The notes under the pieces were generated by a model. It made no database searches and was not told the DNA's origin. It saw nothing but the letters and a program-made list of their open reading frames with translations. From Macrostomum lignano (lineage: Eukaryota): a DNA stretch of 64,000 nt. Location: the NCBI GenBank assembly GCA_002269645.1, contig NIVC01002844.1, forward strand, positions 23,589 to 87,588. Reading direction: 5' to 3'. How positions within the stretch are numbered: the stretch's first letter is position 1; every line of letters begins with the position of its first letter. Shown here piece after piece: positions 1 to 11,038 of this stretch. The position numbers were made by a program, and so were the translations under genes.

Positions 1-278
1 AAACGAAGTTTTCTTCCCTTGCGTACCACAACTTCTATGCCTGCTATAAGTATGAGCAAGTTTCAGCCTTCTACCATCTACATGTACTTACGTTGTAGTC
101 CACTACAAGTACGAGTATTACACACGCTTCAGTGTTATTTCGCTTGTACCCGTAATCGATGTTAAAACCTCGTAGTCCTCATCGTCGTGCATCCTCCATT
201 GTAACGATACAATATGGTACAATCTTGGTACAATATGGGTTGTCAGATTCAGTGCATTCGTGTTTTTTATTCTTGCAG

Positions 279-2107
279 TACTGTCGACCATCAGAAAAGA
301 GTGCGAAGCTCAAAGAGGCCGACAACTGGAACAGTTGCCAAACAACAGCCCGGTCTTGGAGCGAATCATCGGCAGATTGATTGAATCATTCAAGACTCTT
401 GTCGGAGACACTACTCAGGCCACGCAGAGTTATGTGCATGAAGAGCTCGTCAAAATAGTCAGGAATAACCTGCAGAAGAAACCTCTGCTGAGGGGTCTGC
501 AACAGCTGGAAGAAATTCTAACTGATGGTTGTAAAAATCAAATGGATAAGCTTAAGGAAAAAGCGCACCGGAAAGTGCTGGAAATTCTAGACATGCAGAA
601 AGTCATCTTCCTCAACAACCCAAAGATAGATGATCTGTTCAGGTATGTGTTTACATTAAATTTTTACACTTCTTTCATCCTTAATATCTTTATTTGAGTT
701 CATTAATCATTTTCAGGGCGAGCTGCCTATTTTGATTAATATTTCATAAATTGGGTTCAAATAGCAAAGTTGAAAATTTAAGCGAAGGTTTCACTGTATA
801 ATGTACGAGCGTCGATTAGGTTTATGCTTTCTAGGTACGCTCGTATACGGATTCAAGTGTTTTTATTCTTGAGTCAGACTGGTGCCGAGCAAATCAAATT
901 GTGTTTGTGAAACTGGATGGGAAGTTATAATGTAATCCTACATGTATGCTTAGACATAATGAAATTTAAGCTTTGAAAAAAATCCGTTCAAACCACTGGG
1001 ACCAATACGCCTCCGTATCCTGCTATATAAACCTAATTAGCACCTGTTTAAACCCAAAAGAAGACACAAGAGCAGCAGCATTAGCACGAAAGGGGATGCG
1101 CGGAAGCAACCCCATAAAAGCAGCAGCTCAAATTAAAAGTTTGTTTGGCATCACGAATGCAAACAGCGATGCAAGAAAATTGGAAAAATACGCGTCGTAA
1201 AACTTGAAAGAAAAACATTTTTTGAGCTCACGCAGGCAGCGAAAAAACGCAGAGTCAACTGAGCGAGACGCCAATAAAAGGGGCGACGGCGCAGAGGCTA
1301 AAGCCCATGCCACCAGGCCACTACCCCACGCACGCAGAGCCAAGAACACCCCCCCCCCCACATAGCAAAGCGAGAGAGAACGTACGCAAAGCGACACGCA
1401 AGACAGGGCAGAAGAGAGGGATTTGAAACTGGTTATTGTCATTGACTAGTCAAGACCAGTCACAAACCAACATATTGTATTTCAACAATTTATCTATTTA
1501 ATTAGCTGGTATTTTGTTCCGCAATCACTACCAACTTGAATTTTCCAGCAAAATGGCTCACGAGAAAGACGAGCAAGCTGCTGAACATGCTCCTGAAAAA
1601 AAAGCAAAATCTTTGCTGCAAATCATTGAAGACTGCGCCAAAGACTGGCTTGAAACAAGTGATTCAGCTGGTTCAGGCGCAGTTCAGGCTGCTCTGGTTG
1701 GGATCATGTCGAAATTAGGGCTCCACCCGCCGATATCGCAACTGCTTGTCATCGCCGCGTTGAATTTCTTGCCTTGGTGGTTCTCACAGCCGGAATCAAA
1801 GGATCAAAGCTTCGACCACAAGGACGATGAGCACCGGCTGGTGTGCCTCACCTACGTGTACATAGAATTGGTCTGCGATCGAACGGCCGACGCGGTGCCG
1901 ATGGCCATCATTCACTTCTTTAATAAAAGGCTGGCGGCGGACGTCTGCAAGCTCATTCCGCATCCTAAGTGGGAAGATTTAAAGAACCTTAGCACCTGTG
2001 CCCAGCAACAGCAGAAGATAGAATCTGCTTCTGACAGCCTGAGGCGTTGGAAGGACATTGTCGCACAGTTGTGCAGCCCAACATCTGATGAGACGTCAGC
2101 AGTTTAA
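279..2107 (+). CDS. Dynamin-superfamily (Mx-like) GTPase, last two coding exons (stalk/middle domain and GED); 5' part lies left of the window
   Basis: Exon 279-642 (ttcttgcag acceptor, ag|gtatgt donor) joins exon 1549-2107 (ttttccag acceptor) in frame: AG|C = Ser, then KMAHEK. RGRQLEQLP...LEILDMQKVIF resembles the Mx stalk (RGRELPG...FQMEQIV). YVYIELVCDRTADAVPMAIIHFF resembles the dynamin GED motif (Y..IV.KRLADQIP.AI.HF). Stop at 2105-2107. Confidence 0.75.
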
Positions 2108-2484
2108 ATCGTGGTATTTCGTCGGTATTGATTTCTATATTAGTTTGTGGCGCTAGGGTGTTAATGTTAAAGACAATTTTTTTTCAAATAGTTTAAACAT
2201 CCTATTAAAATTTCATTCATGTCATTAAAACTTTGAACGTTTTGTGAAGTTTTTACCAGCAAAGCATCGCAAAGTTCACTGAGGCTATCATTATAGTTTC
2301 GTCAATGGTATTCACTTAGCTATATTGAAACGAAGCAATGATATCCTCGATCGGGTATCAGTTAACTTTAGTTCTAATTTTAGGACTAAATCACCCTTCA
2401 AACTTCATACGATCGGAGACTTAAAGTGTCTTCAGGCTTCGATGATATGAAATTTCAATGGTTTTCGAGTACTATGCTTTAGAT

Positions 2485-2652
2485 CGGGGTCCCCAAACCA
2501 CTGGCGGCAGAGGCTGTAGCAGAGTACGTCCTTTGCAGGCTTGAATGCCATCATATATCAGTAGTTACCAAGACAAAAATGACTCCAAAATTAGAAACAG
2601 AAGCTGCGGGCCGCGCAGAAATGGCCTTTAGGCCGCAGGTTGGGGATCCCTG
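2485..2652. mobile_element. Non-autonomous hAT (Buster-type) MITE, 168 bp
   Basis: Termini are cggggtccccaaacc (2485) and ggttggggatccctg (ends 2652). An identical 8-bp flanking duplication, ctttagat, lies at 2477-2484 and 2653-2660, with TA at positions 4-5 as known for Buster-type targets. Confidence 0.85.
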
Positions 2653-2663
2653 CTTTAGATAAT

Positions 2664-2779
2664 GGGGTCGTACTATAAAGCTGTCGTAGCGTAAGTTCGA
2701 TCGTACGTCGGAACTTTTACACTGCGGAGATAGGAGCTAAGAACGATCTTATCTTACGATGGCTTTATAGAACGGGCTC
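2664..2779. mobile_element. Probable small MITE with imperfect TIRs
   Basis: Left ggggtcgtactataaagctgtcgtag versus reverse complement of the right end gagcccgttctataaagccatcgtaa. No clean TSD seen. Confidence 0.45.
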
Positions 2780-4037
2780 AAAAAGTTTCAGGCTTGGGGT
2801 CTTGGGAAAAAGAGCCCAGAAACCAACCGCGTTTAAGAACGCTCATTATTTATGAAAAAATTGCGTCTGCTTTACAATTTTTAAAACAAAGAGTACGTTC
2901 ATGCGATTTTACTGTATAATTTTACAACCATCTACTGCAGACATACAGACATTAATAATAATATATTAATATCAGACATACAATTATGCAAACTTATACA
3001 CGCTTTTTCAGAAGCTAGTAACTTGTTGTTTAATCTTATACAGCCATCTCTATTCAGGTGAGCTCGAACTTGATGCGGGCTTTGTATATTTATCTTATTT
3101 ATAATCTTTAGTTTGCTTGTATTTGGTTGAATTATGCCTTCTGCCGCGGTGCACTTGCGTTCACCCGACGCTGCACCTACCCTCACGTCTGCGTCAAGCC
3201 CCTTTCCTCTGAACTTTTAATTAAAGCGATTTATTTCTGATGTGTAGGCAGTGTTTCAACCAGCCGACTCAACTTTTTTTATTTCTTGTATCGTTTCTTG
3301 TAGGCTTTCTCTGTGTTAATTTTTTGGTAGAAAGTATAGGATATTTAGGTGAAACCCTTTTGAATAATAAATGATATTCATAATCCTAATTATATTCCGT
3401 GATCCTTTGAATAAGAAATATATACTGTGCGATAAATTAGTTTTTTATATTTTATAAGCTCGTAAAACAATATATTTTGTTCGCTGCAATTTATCTTTAT
3501 CATAAACCCATCGCATGGACATATGACTAACTACCGGTACTTATCTACACTTTATATTACATGTAAGACTATGTTGATCCTTCATTCTTAATCCTGATTT
3601 GACACATGTACGTCGTATCAAACTATCAGTGTCCTGATAGTCTCCTGAAAGACTACATGAAACTCAGAAAAAGAAAGTTTTCATTCTTCTTTGCACGCAT
3701 CTTTGTTAAAATCAGTTCGAAAAATGGCAGTTCAATCGGTTTAGCTCTTCGACAAAATTAAAACTGAAAATCCTTTATATTTAGGCGCCCATGGCTAATT
3801 AGATACGGCTTAGCAGTAGGATTCCTGTAGTAACTGCTTCAGTAAGCGCTTTAACTGTGGCCCTTGGTCACAAGATGCGTTTAAGATTAAGATATATCAC
3901 AACCACAGATCAACAGAGCGCCGCTTATGCAGAAATTAGTTGGAAAACGCCATTGTCTTTCTAACGTGGTCGGAAAAGTTTGCAAAGCTTCATCCAGACT
4001 TATGCAACAGTAGAGTCCAAGCTTTTCGTCTCTGCAT

Positions 4038-4784
4038 TCAGTTGAACGGCGACTGGCACTCGCAAAGTCCATGAGTGCCGCTGCCCAGAGACATGTCGGA
4101 CAACTTGTCCCTTCCTGGGTAGGCAGCAATCAAGAACTGCCCGTCAAGACCATTATTTGGCTCGCCCTCGGCCCACAGGCTGCTGTCCACAGTGTTGTTG
4201 CAGCCGACCCAGTGCCAGCCGCCTGCCGGCTCCGCGCTGCCGGGAACCTGGAAGCCTCCCAGCCACAATGAAGTTCCATCCGTTCGAAGCGACCGCACCG
4301 AGTTTACGTGCGCCATCTCTGCTATGCTTGTCACGTCCGCCATGATCACCAGACCGCTCTCCGACTCGCATGTCGATTTTATGACGTCCCACGAGCCGCT
4401 GACCACCTTGTACTTGACTCCACACAGGTCGTCTCCGTATCCGGGCGGACACAGCAGTCCCGCCGGCAGTCCCGGCTGCTGCCTCACGAACACCCGGCCT
4501 CGTCTCGAGCAGCCGCAGTCCCTCACAGACTTGCTGCACTTGTTGAACTCGAACAGCTGGCACGGACCGTCGGACAGGCTGAAGGCCTGGCACTGCGGCC
4601 TCAGGCCACACAGGATGGCGCAGTGCTGCTCCGAAGTCACGCTTGGGAATTTTCGCACAAAGTCGCTGTTGATGCAGAGGGAGCCGTCAGTAGGAGAGAA
4701 TCGAGTTTTGCAGAGCTCACTGCTGACTGACAAAGTTGCACAGGCAGAGACGATGCTCAACGTAAGGCTGTAGGCGACCTGCAT
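4038..4784 (-). CDS. Secreted PAN/apple + C-type lectin domain protein (paralog A), 248 aa, intronless
   Basis: Hydrophobic N-terminal signal-like segment. PAN-like C..LC....QCQAFSL...CQL. CTLD motifs W......C, LWLGG, W.W and WAEGEPNN, with terminal CEC. GC-rich codon usage. Confidence 0.85.
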   Translation of the reverse strand: MQVAYSLTLSIVSACATLSVSSELCKTRFSPTDGSLCINSDFVRKFPSVTSEQHCAILCGLRPQCQAFSLSDGPCQLFEFNKCSKSVRDCGCSRRGRVFVRQQPGLPAGLLCPPGYGDDLCGVKYKVVSGSWDVIKSTCESESGLVIMADVTSIAEMAHVNSVRSLRTDGTSLWLGGFQVPGSAEPAGGWHWVGCNNTVDSSLWAEGEPNNGLDGQFLIAAYPGRDKLSDMSLGSGTHGLCECQSPFN

Positions 4785-5320
4785 GGCGAGGTTGAACTGA
4801 GCAGGGAGAACTGGCCAGCTCCAATGCTTTTTGGTGTTGATAACGTCTCTGCAGATGCTTTTGTTTCTTTGTTGTCGTCGTAATGAACAACTTACAGTAA
4901 TGAACTCTGACAGCTGCTTTTGAACGCTTCAAAATTATCATTGTTTCCGAAATTTCTGCGTGCCTGCTGCCATGTCAGCTTGTCCCAATAGTTGAATGAA
5001 TCAAATTTTTGACAGTTAAATGGACGACTCTAATCAAATCAAGTCTGCCGTGAGTTCAATTGAAGCATTCAAAGGAAATTCGATTGATTTGCAGTGGCAG
5101 GAGTTAACTTGTACTTTTTAACTTGTAGTCCAGGATCCGGTGGAGCAAGAACTCAGGCAGCTGGCTTTAGTTTGAGTTGGTATGCATTTGGTCATTATTG
5201 TTGCTGAACTTTACGCTTAACGAGGTCGCGTAATGAGATTTATATCTCTGTAGAGTATCATTCATTCATGAAATACTACTGTAAGTAGAGTAATGCAAAC
5301 ACGCGCAGAAAAACCTAAAC

Positions 5321-5462
5321 GATGAATCATGTTTCTATTTATAATAAAAAGATGAATCATGTTGCTATTTATAATAAAAAGATGAATCATGTTGCTATTT
5401 ATAATAAAAAGATGAATCATGTTGCTATTTATAATAAAAAGATGAATCATGTTGCTATTTAT
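5321..5462. repeat. 30-bp tandem repeat, about 5 copies
   Basis: gatgaatcatgttgctatttataataaaaa recurs at 5321, 5351, 5381, 5411 and 5441. Confidence 0.95.
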
Positions 5463-7254
5463 GTTTCGCAAAATTTGTGTATAAATAAAAGCAAAAAATC
5501 CGAGCTGAAATCTCGGAGCTCGGAGCAGACTTGAGAACAACCAAGAACTACGAGGCTACATCTCTGAGAGAAGTAGATACCGTTCGGTATTCCTTTGTTG
5601 GAGTCTTTGTTATTTGATTACTGAGCTTTGTTACTTCCGGCCGTACTTTTCAGTTGATTTCTATTGAGTTGTTGACTTTGAGGCCTCCCTATTCATGAGG
5701 GATTGGATAGGATCTGCGGACCGATTCCGACACCCTAAGACGATTATCGATTGATTGATTTTGGCACCCTAGAGTAACCGATAGGGGCACACGACTCTGA
5801 TTCCGTTATTTCTAGAAGAAGACGCCCTCTTGGAGGACCTCGTTATTGTTACAGAGTGCACTTTGTTATTACGGCGCATCTCTGATTTTGATTACTGATT
5901 TTGAAGAATACATTGACTTCAACAGATTGAATTGTTACGATCACTAAAGTGCTCTCATACTCGGCCGCCTTCAGAATCCAAGAAACACCGGAGAAGACTA
6001 CATTGAGGAGACGAGCTCTACGGACCTGCCCGACAAAGAAGAGGAGCCCGCAATAGTAAGTGATCACTAAATTCTGTTCCCAGACTAGCGGTCTGGAAGT
6101 GGGAATTTTTTTAGTGACTGCTCACCACTCTTAAACTCTTCATTTCTTTGTATCTGTAAAGTACACCTAATCTGCGTACGTGGAAAGCAGTGGCACCGGC
6201 TGTAGATACATTTCGACAACAACTCCTGCAGGTGAAGCGGCCTGCAAGCTGGAGCCGATGACGTAACTGGTCGCTGAGTGATTTTGCAAATAACTGTGCT
6301 GCAGGTTGCTGCTGTTCGAGCGAGTTAGACACGCGTCTGCCTACCCAAGTAAATTCCTCTGACTTGTAGCTACACTCGTTCCTATCGAAAGTAGTGAGCT
6401 GTGAAAAATTGATTTGATGTGAAATTAATCCATTTTGATAGCTGTTTGCTAGCGGAACTCTTTTAGGAATCATAGTATCGTATCGAAATGTGGCTGTAGT
6501 GTGGGTTGTTGAGGTGCAGGGGGTAGCTGGCTGGCCAAGGTTGAGTTGGGTTCGGTCAGGGGATGCAAGCTGTGTTCCCTGAGCCGCCACATTGTTATCA
6601 TGCCGGTACTGCTATTACTGACATTTTTCATAAAAGAAGGCATTTCCTATATACTAAAAATGTGATGTCTATATATATATATATGTGATAGATTAGAGAA
6701 AAAATGGCTGGACCGATTTTGTTCGAACTTGCGCTGTTCGATCAGAAATTTTCCCGTGACGGTACATGCATCATGGCTAAGAAATTTCTCGATGCTAAAG
6801 GCATTAAATATTCGAAAAACATGCTGTTTTGCAAAGGTCAAGCAAACTTTTTGACTTGAAATGCATTGTAAGAATGCTAGAGAAAAAACTGACTGGTTGA
6901 ATTCTGACTCTGAAATAGATTGCATCATAACTGAATTGTAACTCCGACTTGAATTGAAAATGCAGTGTGGAAGCGTAGCACCAGACTTGATTTAAATTGC
7001 GTAACCATATTGTTAACTGATACTGACTGACTGAGAAACTGATTATGTCATAACTGCTTCGTGTGATTTACTCTATGCTTGGATTTAAAAGTGTTGAGTT
7101 ATATAAGTGCAAAAGTTGATGTTATCAAAACGATGAGAGCTAGCCTAAAGGTGAACAAACTGAACTGCTAAATGCAGTGACGATGGTTTGAATTTTCATA
7201 GAGTATAATTTTTTTAATTAAAGCTTTTCAACGTCAGGAAAACTAAAAGACTTT

Positions 7255-8330
7255 TTAAAAAGAAGCGTCATGTAAAAATCATAGAAGCGTCATTTACAAA
7301 ATCATAGAAGCATCATTTAAAAAATCATAGAAGCGTCATGTAAAAAATCATAGAAGCGTCATGTAGACAATCATAGAAGCGTCATTTAAAAAATCATAGA
7401 AGCGTCATATAAAAATCATAGATGCGTCATTTAAAAAATCGTAGAAGCGTCATGTAAACAATCATAGAAGCGTCATGTAAAAAATCATAGAAGCGTCATG
7501 TAAACAATCATAGAAGCGTCATTTAAAAAATCATAGAAGCGTCATGTAAACAATCATAGAAGCGTCATGTAAAAAATCATAGAAGCGTCATGTAAACAAT
7601 CATAGAAGCGTCATTTAAAAAATCATAGAAGCGTCATGTAAACAATCATAGAAGCGTCATGTAAACAATCATAGAAGCGTCATGTAAAAAATCGTAGAAG
7701 CGTCATGTAAAAAATCTTAGAAGCGTCATTTAAAAAATCATAGAAGCGTCATATAAAAATCATAGATGCGTCATTTAAAAAATCGTAGAAGCGTCATATA
7801 AAAATCATAGATGCGTCATTTAAAAAATCGTAGAAGCGTCATGTAAACAATCATAGAAGCGTCATGTAAAAAATCGTAGAAGCGTCATGTAAAAAATCTT
7901 AGAAGCGTCATGTAAACAATCATAGAAGCGTCATGTAAACAATCATAGAAGCGTCATGTAAACAATCATAGAAGCGTCATGTAAACAATCATAGAAGCGT
8001 CATTTAAACAATCATAGAAGCGTCATTAAAAAATAATAGAAGCGTCATTTAAAAAATCATAAAAGAGTCATGTAAACAATCATAGAAGCGTCATGTAAAC
8101 AATCATAGAAGCGTCATTTAAAAAATCATAGAAGCGTCATATAAAAATCATAGATGCGTCATTTAAAAAATCATAGAAGCGTCATTAAAAAATCATAAAA
8201 GCGTCATTTAAAAATCATAGAAGCGTCATATAAAAATCGTAGAAGCGTCATGTAAAAATCATAGAAGCGTCAAGAAAAAATCATAGAAGCCTCATTTAAA
8301 AACTAATGAAAGTGTCATTTAAAAAATTAA
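7255..8330. repeat. A-rich 24-25-bp minisatellite, about 40 copies
   Basis: Unit approximately aaaaaatcatagaagcgtcatgta/tta, degenerating at both ends. Confidence 0.95.
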
Positions 8331-8529
8331 GAAGCGTCACGGTAGAATAAAAGAAACGTCATGTCAGACATGAAGGGTTCATGTAAAAATTAAATGCAAT
8401 TATAATGCTGTGCTGGGGAGAAAAACTGAGACGTAAAGGCTCTCAGAGAATAACTGAGATTACGGGGGGGGGGGGGTTTCTGAGATGTCAAAGCAAAAGT
8501 CAGAAGCTACTTCAAAGTTCATGTCACGG

Positions 8530-9420
8530 GGGGGGGGCGCTGATAGAAGAAGAGTCATGTAAAAAATAAAAGTAGCACTATGTATACATAAAATAAAAGT
8601 CATGTCGAAGTTAAAAGATTCATTTGGGAATTGCTACGATGTCAAAGCTTGGTGGAAATCGTTATAGTGCTGTTATTCTTAAAGAAGGAATCACTAAAAT
8701 GTCAAGGCTTAGGGGAGAAGAATTGCTGAGATTTCAAGGCTTTAGGTTGGCTTAAAGTTAGGTTTAGGTCAGGTGTGGGTTGAGGGTTATATTTTATCGG
8801 GTTTCAAGGTTAACAGGGGATTTTTTAGATTTCAAGGTTTATGGGGGCCATTGCTGACATGTCAAGGCTTACGGGGGAATAGCTGAGATGTCAAGGCTCA
8901 CGGGGGTATAAATGAGATTTCAAGGCTAAAGTCAGAAGCTACATGTAGTTTATTGAAAACTTTTTATTACATTATTTGATGCCTCCTCAGGGGAGGGATC
9001 GCTGATAAAAAAGCGTAATGTAAAAAATAAAAGAAGCTTCATGTCGAAGTTAAGAGATTCGTTTGGGAATCCCTACGATGTTGAGGCTTGCAGGGAATCG
9101 CTATAATGCTGTAGTAGTGCTATAATGACTCTTAGAGAGAATTACTGAAATTTCAATGCTTTAGGGTTAGGTTAGGGTTAGGGTTAGGGTTAGGGTTAGG
9201 GTTAGGCTAGGGTTAGGGTTAGAAGGTTGACAGATATTTTTAGATTTCCAAGGCTTATTGGGGGCATTGCTGAGATGTCAAGGGGGGAAGTTGATATGTT
9301 AAAGCTTGTGGGGGGGGATAACTGACATGTCAAGGCTTACAAGGTTTGACAGAAGATTTTTTAAGATTTCAAGGATACATGTAGCTTATTAAAAAAACGT
9401 GTATTGCATTTCTTTGGCTC
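8530..9420. repeat. Imperfect tandem duplication of about 460 bp containing degenerate gagatgtcaaggctt subrepeats
   Basis: cgctgata...catgtcgaagttaa.agattc.tttgggaat..ctacgatgt occurs near 8540-8640 and again near 9000-9080. Both copies continue into a ttagg-rich block and end in ctacatgtag.ttatt. Confidence 0.75.
9161..9222 (+). repeat. Interstitial telomere-type (TTAGGG)n, about 10 units
   Basis: ttagggttaggttagggttagggttagggttagggttagggttaggctagggttagggttag read directly from the sequence. Confidence 0.9.
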
Positions 9421-10306
9421 CCCAACGGGGGGCGTAGATTGCTAGTTTTATCACTAATTTTCTTTGTCGTAAAGTACCAAATACAGTACCAAAAAAGTCC
9501 TGCAAATGACGGAAAGACCAAGTCAAGCTTTTGGAGCATAATGGACGTTATGAGGCAAATACTTGGTATCGAATACAGCCACGAAAATTTGAGTAAGGAA
9601 AACTGGTAGAAAATGAGCGTCAGAAAAGCTAGTCAGAACATCTGTAACATACACAGTCTAAGAGTAACTGGGTAGTGTTGCCATGACAACAAGAACCAGA
9701 AGCCCGATATATTGGATAGGTTGCAGAAGCCGAGACCCAACTGTGAAGCGACTGCTTCACTAGCTAAATAGAATGAAATGCTTGATAAAGAGAAAGTGGT
9801 AATTTCCATTATACGAGCTAAAACAGTTATAATGGAAAATAATTGTTATACTTTTAATATACAAGAAACCAGATAACTTGTAAACATTGAATACCGGCCT
9901 TGCTTACTGATCATTTTTGTCTGTTTTCTTGTTTTTTTTTAATGAAAACGGTTGGCAACCATTTGTAAAAAATAACCCGCTCTGGGACACGGGATTCTAG
10001 ATGCAAATCTGCTAGGTAGGAGAGATGCTCAAGAGTAGCCCAAGCGTCAAGCGTACCAGCGCTCATATGCTGTGCGCTGAAAAGCAACAAAATTAAATAA
10101 TGCAAAAGCAAGCCTGACTCCATGCAAGCATTTCCAGTGCAAAACAAAATCGGAATAAACTGGTAGCCTTCTCTACGTTTAATTACTCTGACTTCACATA
10201 ATTTAAACATAAATTCACATAAAGCTCGCTTGATTGAGAGTCAGCGAGTTGCTGGCCACTGATCCAATGACTAAAAATCGTAATCCGAAATCTAAATTTC
10301 TCCTGC

Positions 10307-11038
10307 TCAGTGAAACGGCGACAGGCACTCGCAGAGACCGTATTTGGCGAACGAATAGTCAGTGAGTCCGCTCTTTTTGGTATAGACAGCGAGCAAGTTC
10401 TGCCCATCACCGCCATCGTTTGGCTCACCACCGGCCCAAAGGCTCGGGTCCAAAGGGATGTTGCAGCCGACCCAGTACCAGCCGCCATCAGGCTCCGCGC
10501 TGCCGGCCGTCTGGAAGCCTCCCAGCCACAGATCGTTACTAGGACGAAGCGACTCCACGTGGCTCATCTCTGAGCTGCTCGTCACATCCGCCATGATCAC
10601 CAGACCGCTCTCCGACTCGCATGTCGATTTTATGACGCCCCACGAGCCGCTGACCACCTTGTACTTGACTCCACAGAAGTCGTCTCCGTATCCGGGCGGA
10701 CACAGCAGTCCCGCCGGCAGTCCCGGTTGCTGCCTCACGAACACCCGGCCTCGTCTCGAGCAGCCGCAGTCCCTCACAGACTTGCTGCACTTGTTGAACT
10801 CGAACAGCTGGCACGGACCGTCGGACAGGCTGAAGGCCTGGCACTGCGGCCTCAGGCCACACAGGAAGGAGCAGTGCTCCACCGATGTAACTCCAATGAC
10901 ATTGTGGACGAATTCGCTATTGATACACAGGGAGCCGTTGATGGGAGTGAATCTCAGGGAGCAGGTCTGGCTGCTCAGAGCAGAGCTCAGCAGTGAGGCA
11001 AAGACGAAGGCAGTCTTGAGGCACTCAAGATGATGCAT
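10307..11038 (-). CDS. Secreted PAN/apple + C-type lectin domain protein (paralog B), about 243 aa, intronless
   Basis: Likely start ATG at 11038 (MHHLECLKTAFVFASLLSSALSS, signal-like). Same cysteine pattern as 4038-4784, with WAGGEPND. The central 286 bp is nearly identical to paralog A. Confidence 0.85.
   Translation of the reverse strand: MHHLECLKTAFVFASLLSSALSSQTCSLRFTPINGSLCINSEFVHNVIGVTSVEHCSFLCGLRPQCQAFSLSDGPCQLFEFNKCSKSVRDCGCSRRGRVFVRQQPGLPAGLLCPPGYGDDFCGVKYKVVSGSWGVIKSTCESESGLVIMADVTSSSEMSHVESLRPSNDLWLGGFQTAGSAEPDGGWYWVGCNIPLDPSLWAGGEPNDGGDGQNLLAVYTKKSGLTDYSFAKYGLCECLSPFH

Noticed and set aside
5530-6600. Possible retroelement remnant (tggcaccc PBS-like motif at about 5762 and ORF 6111-6590)
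   Set aside because: No paired LTR and no recognisable gag/pol motifs.
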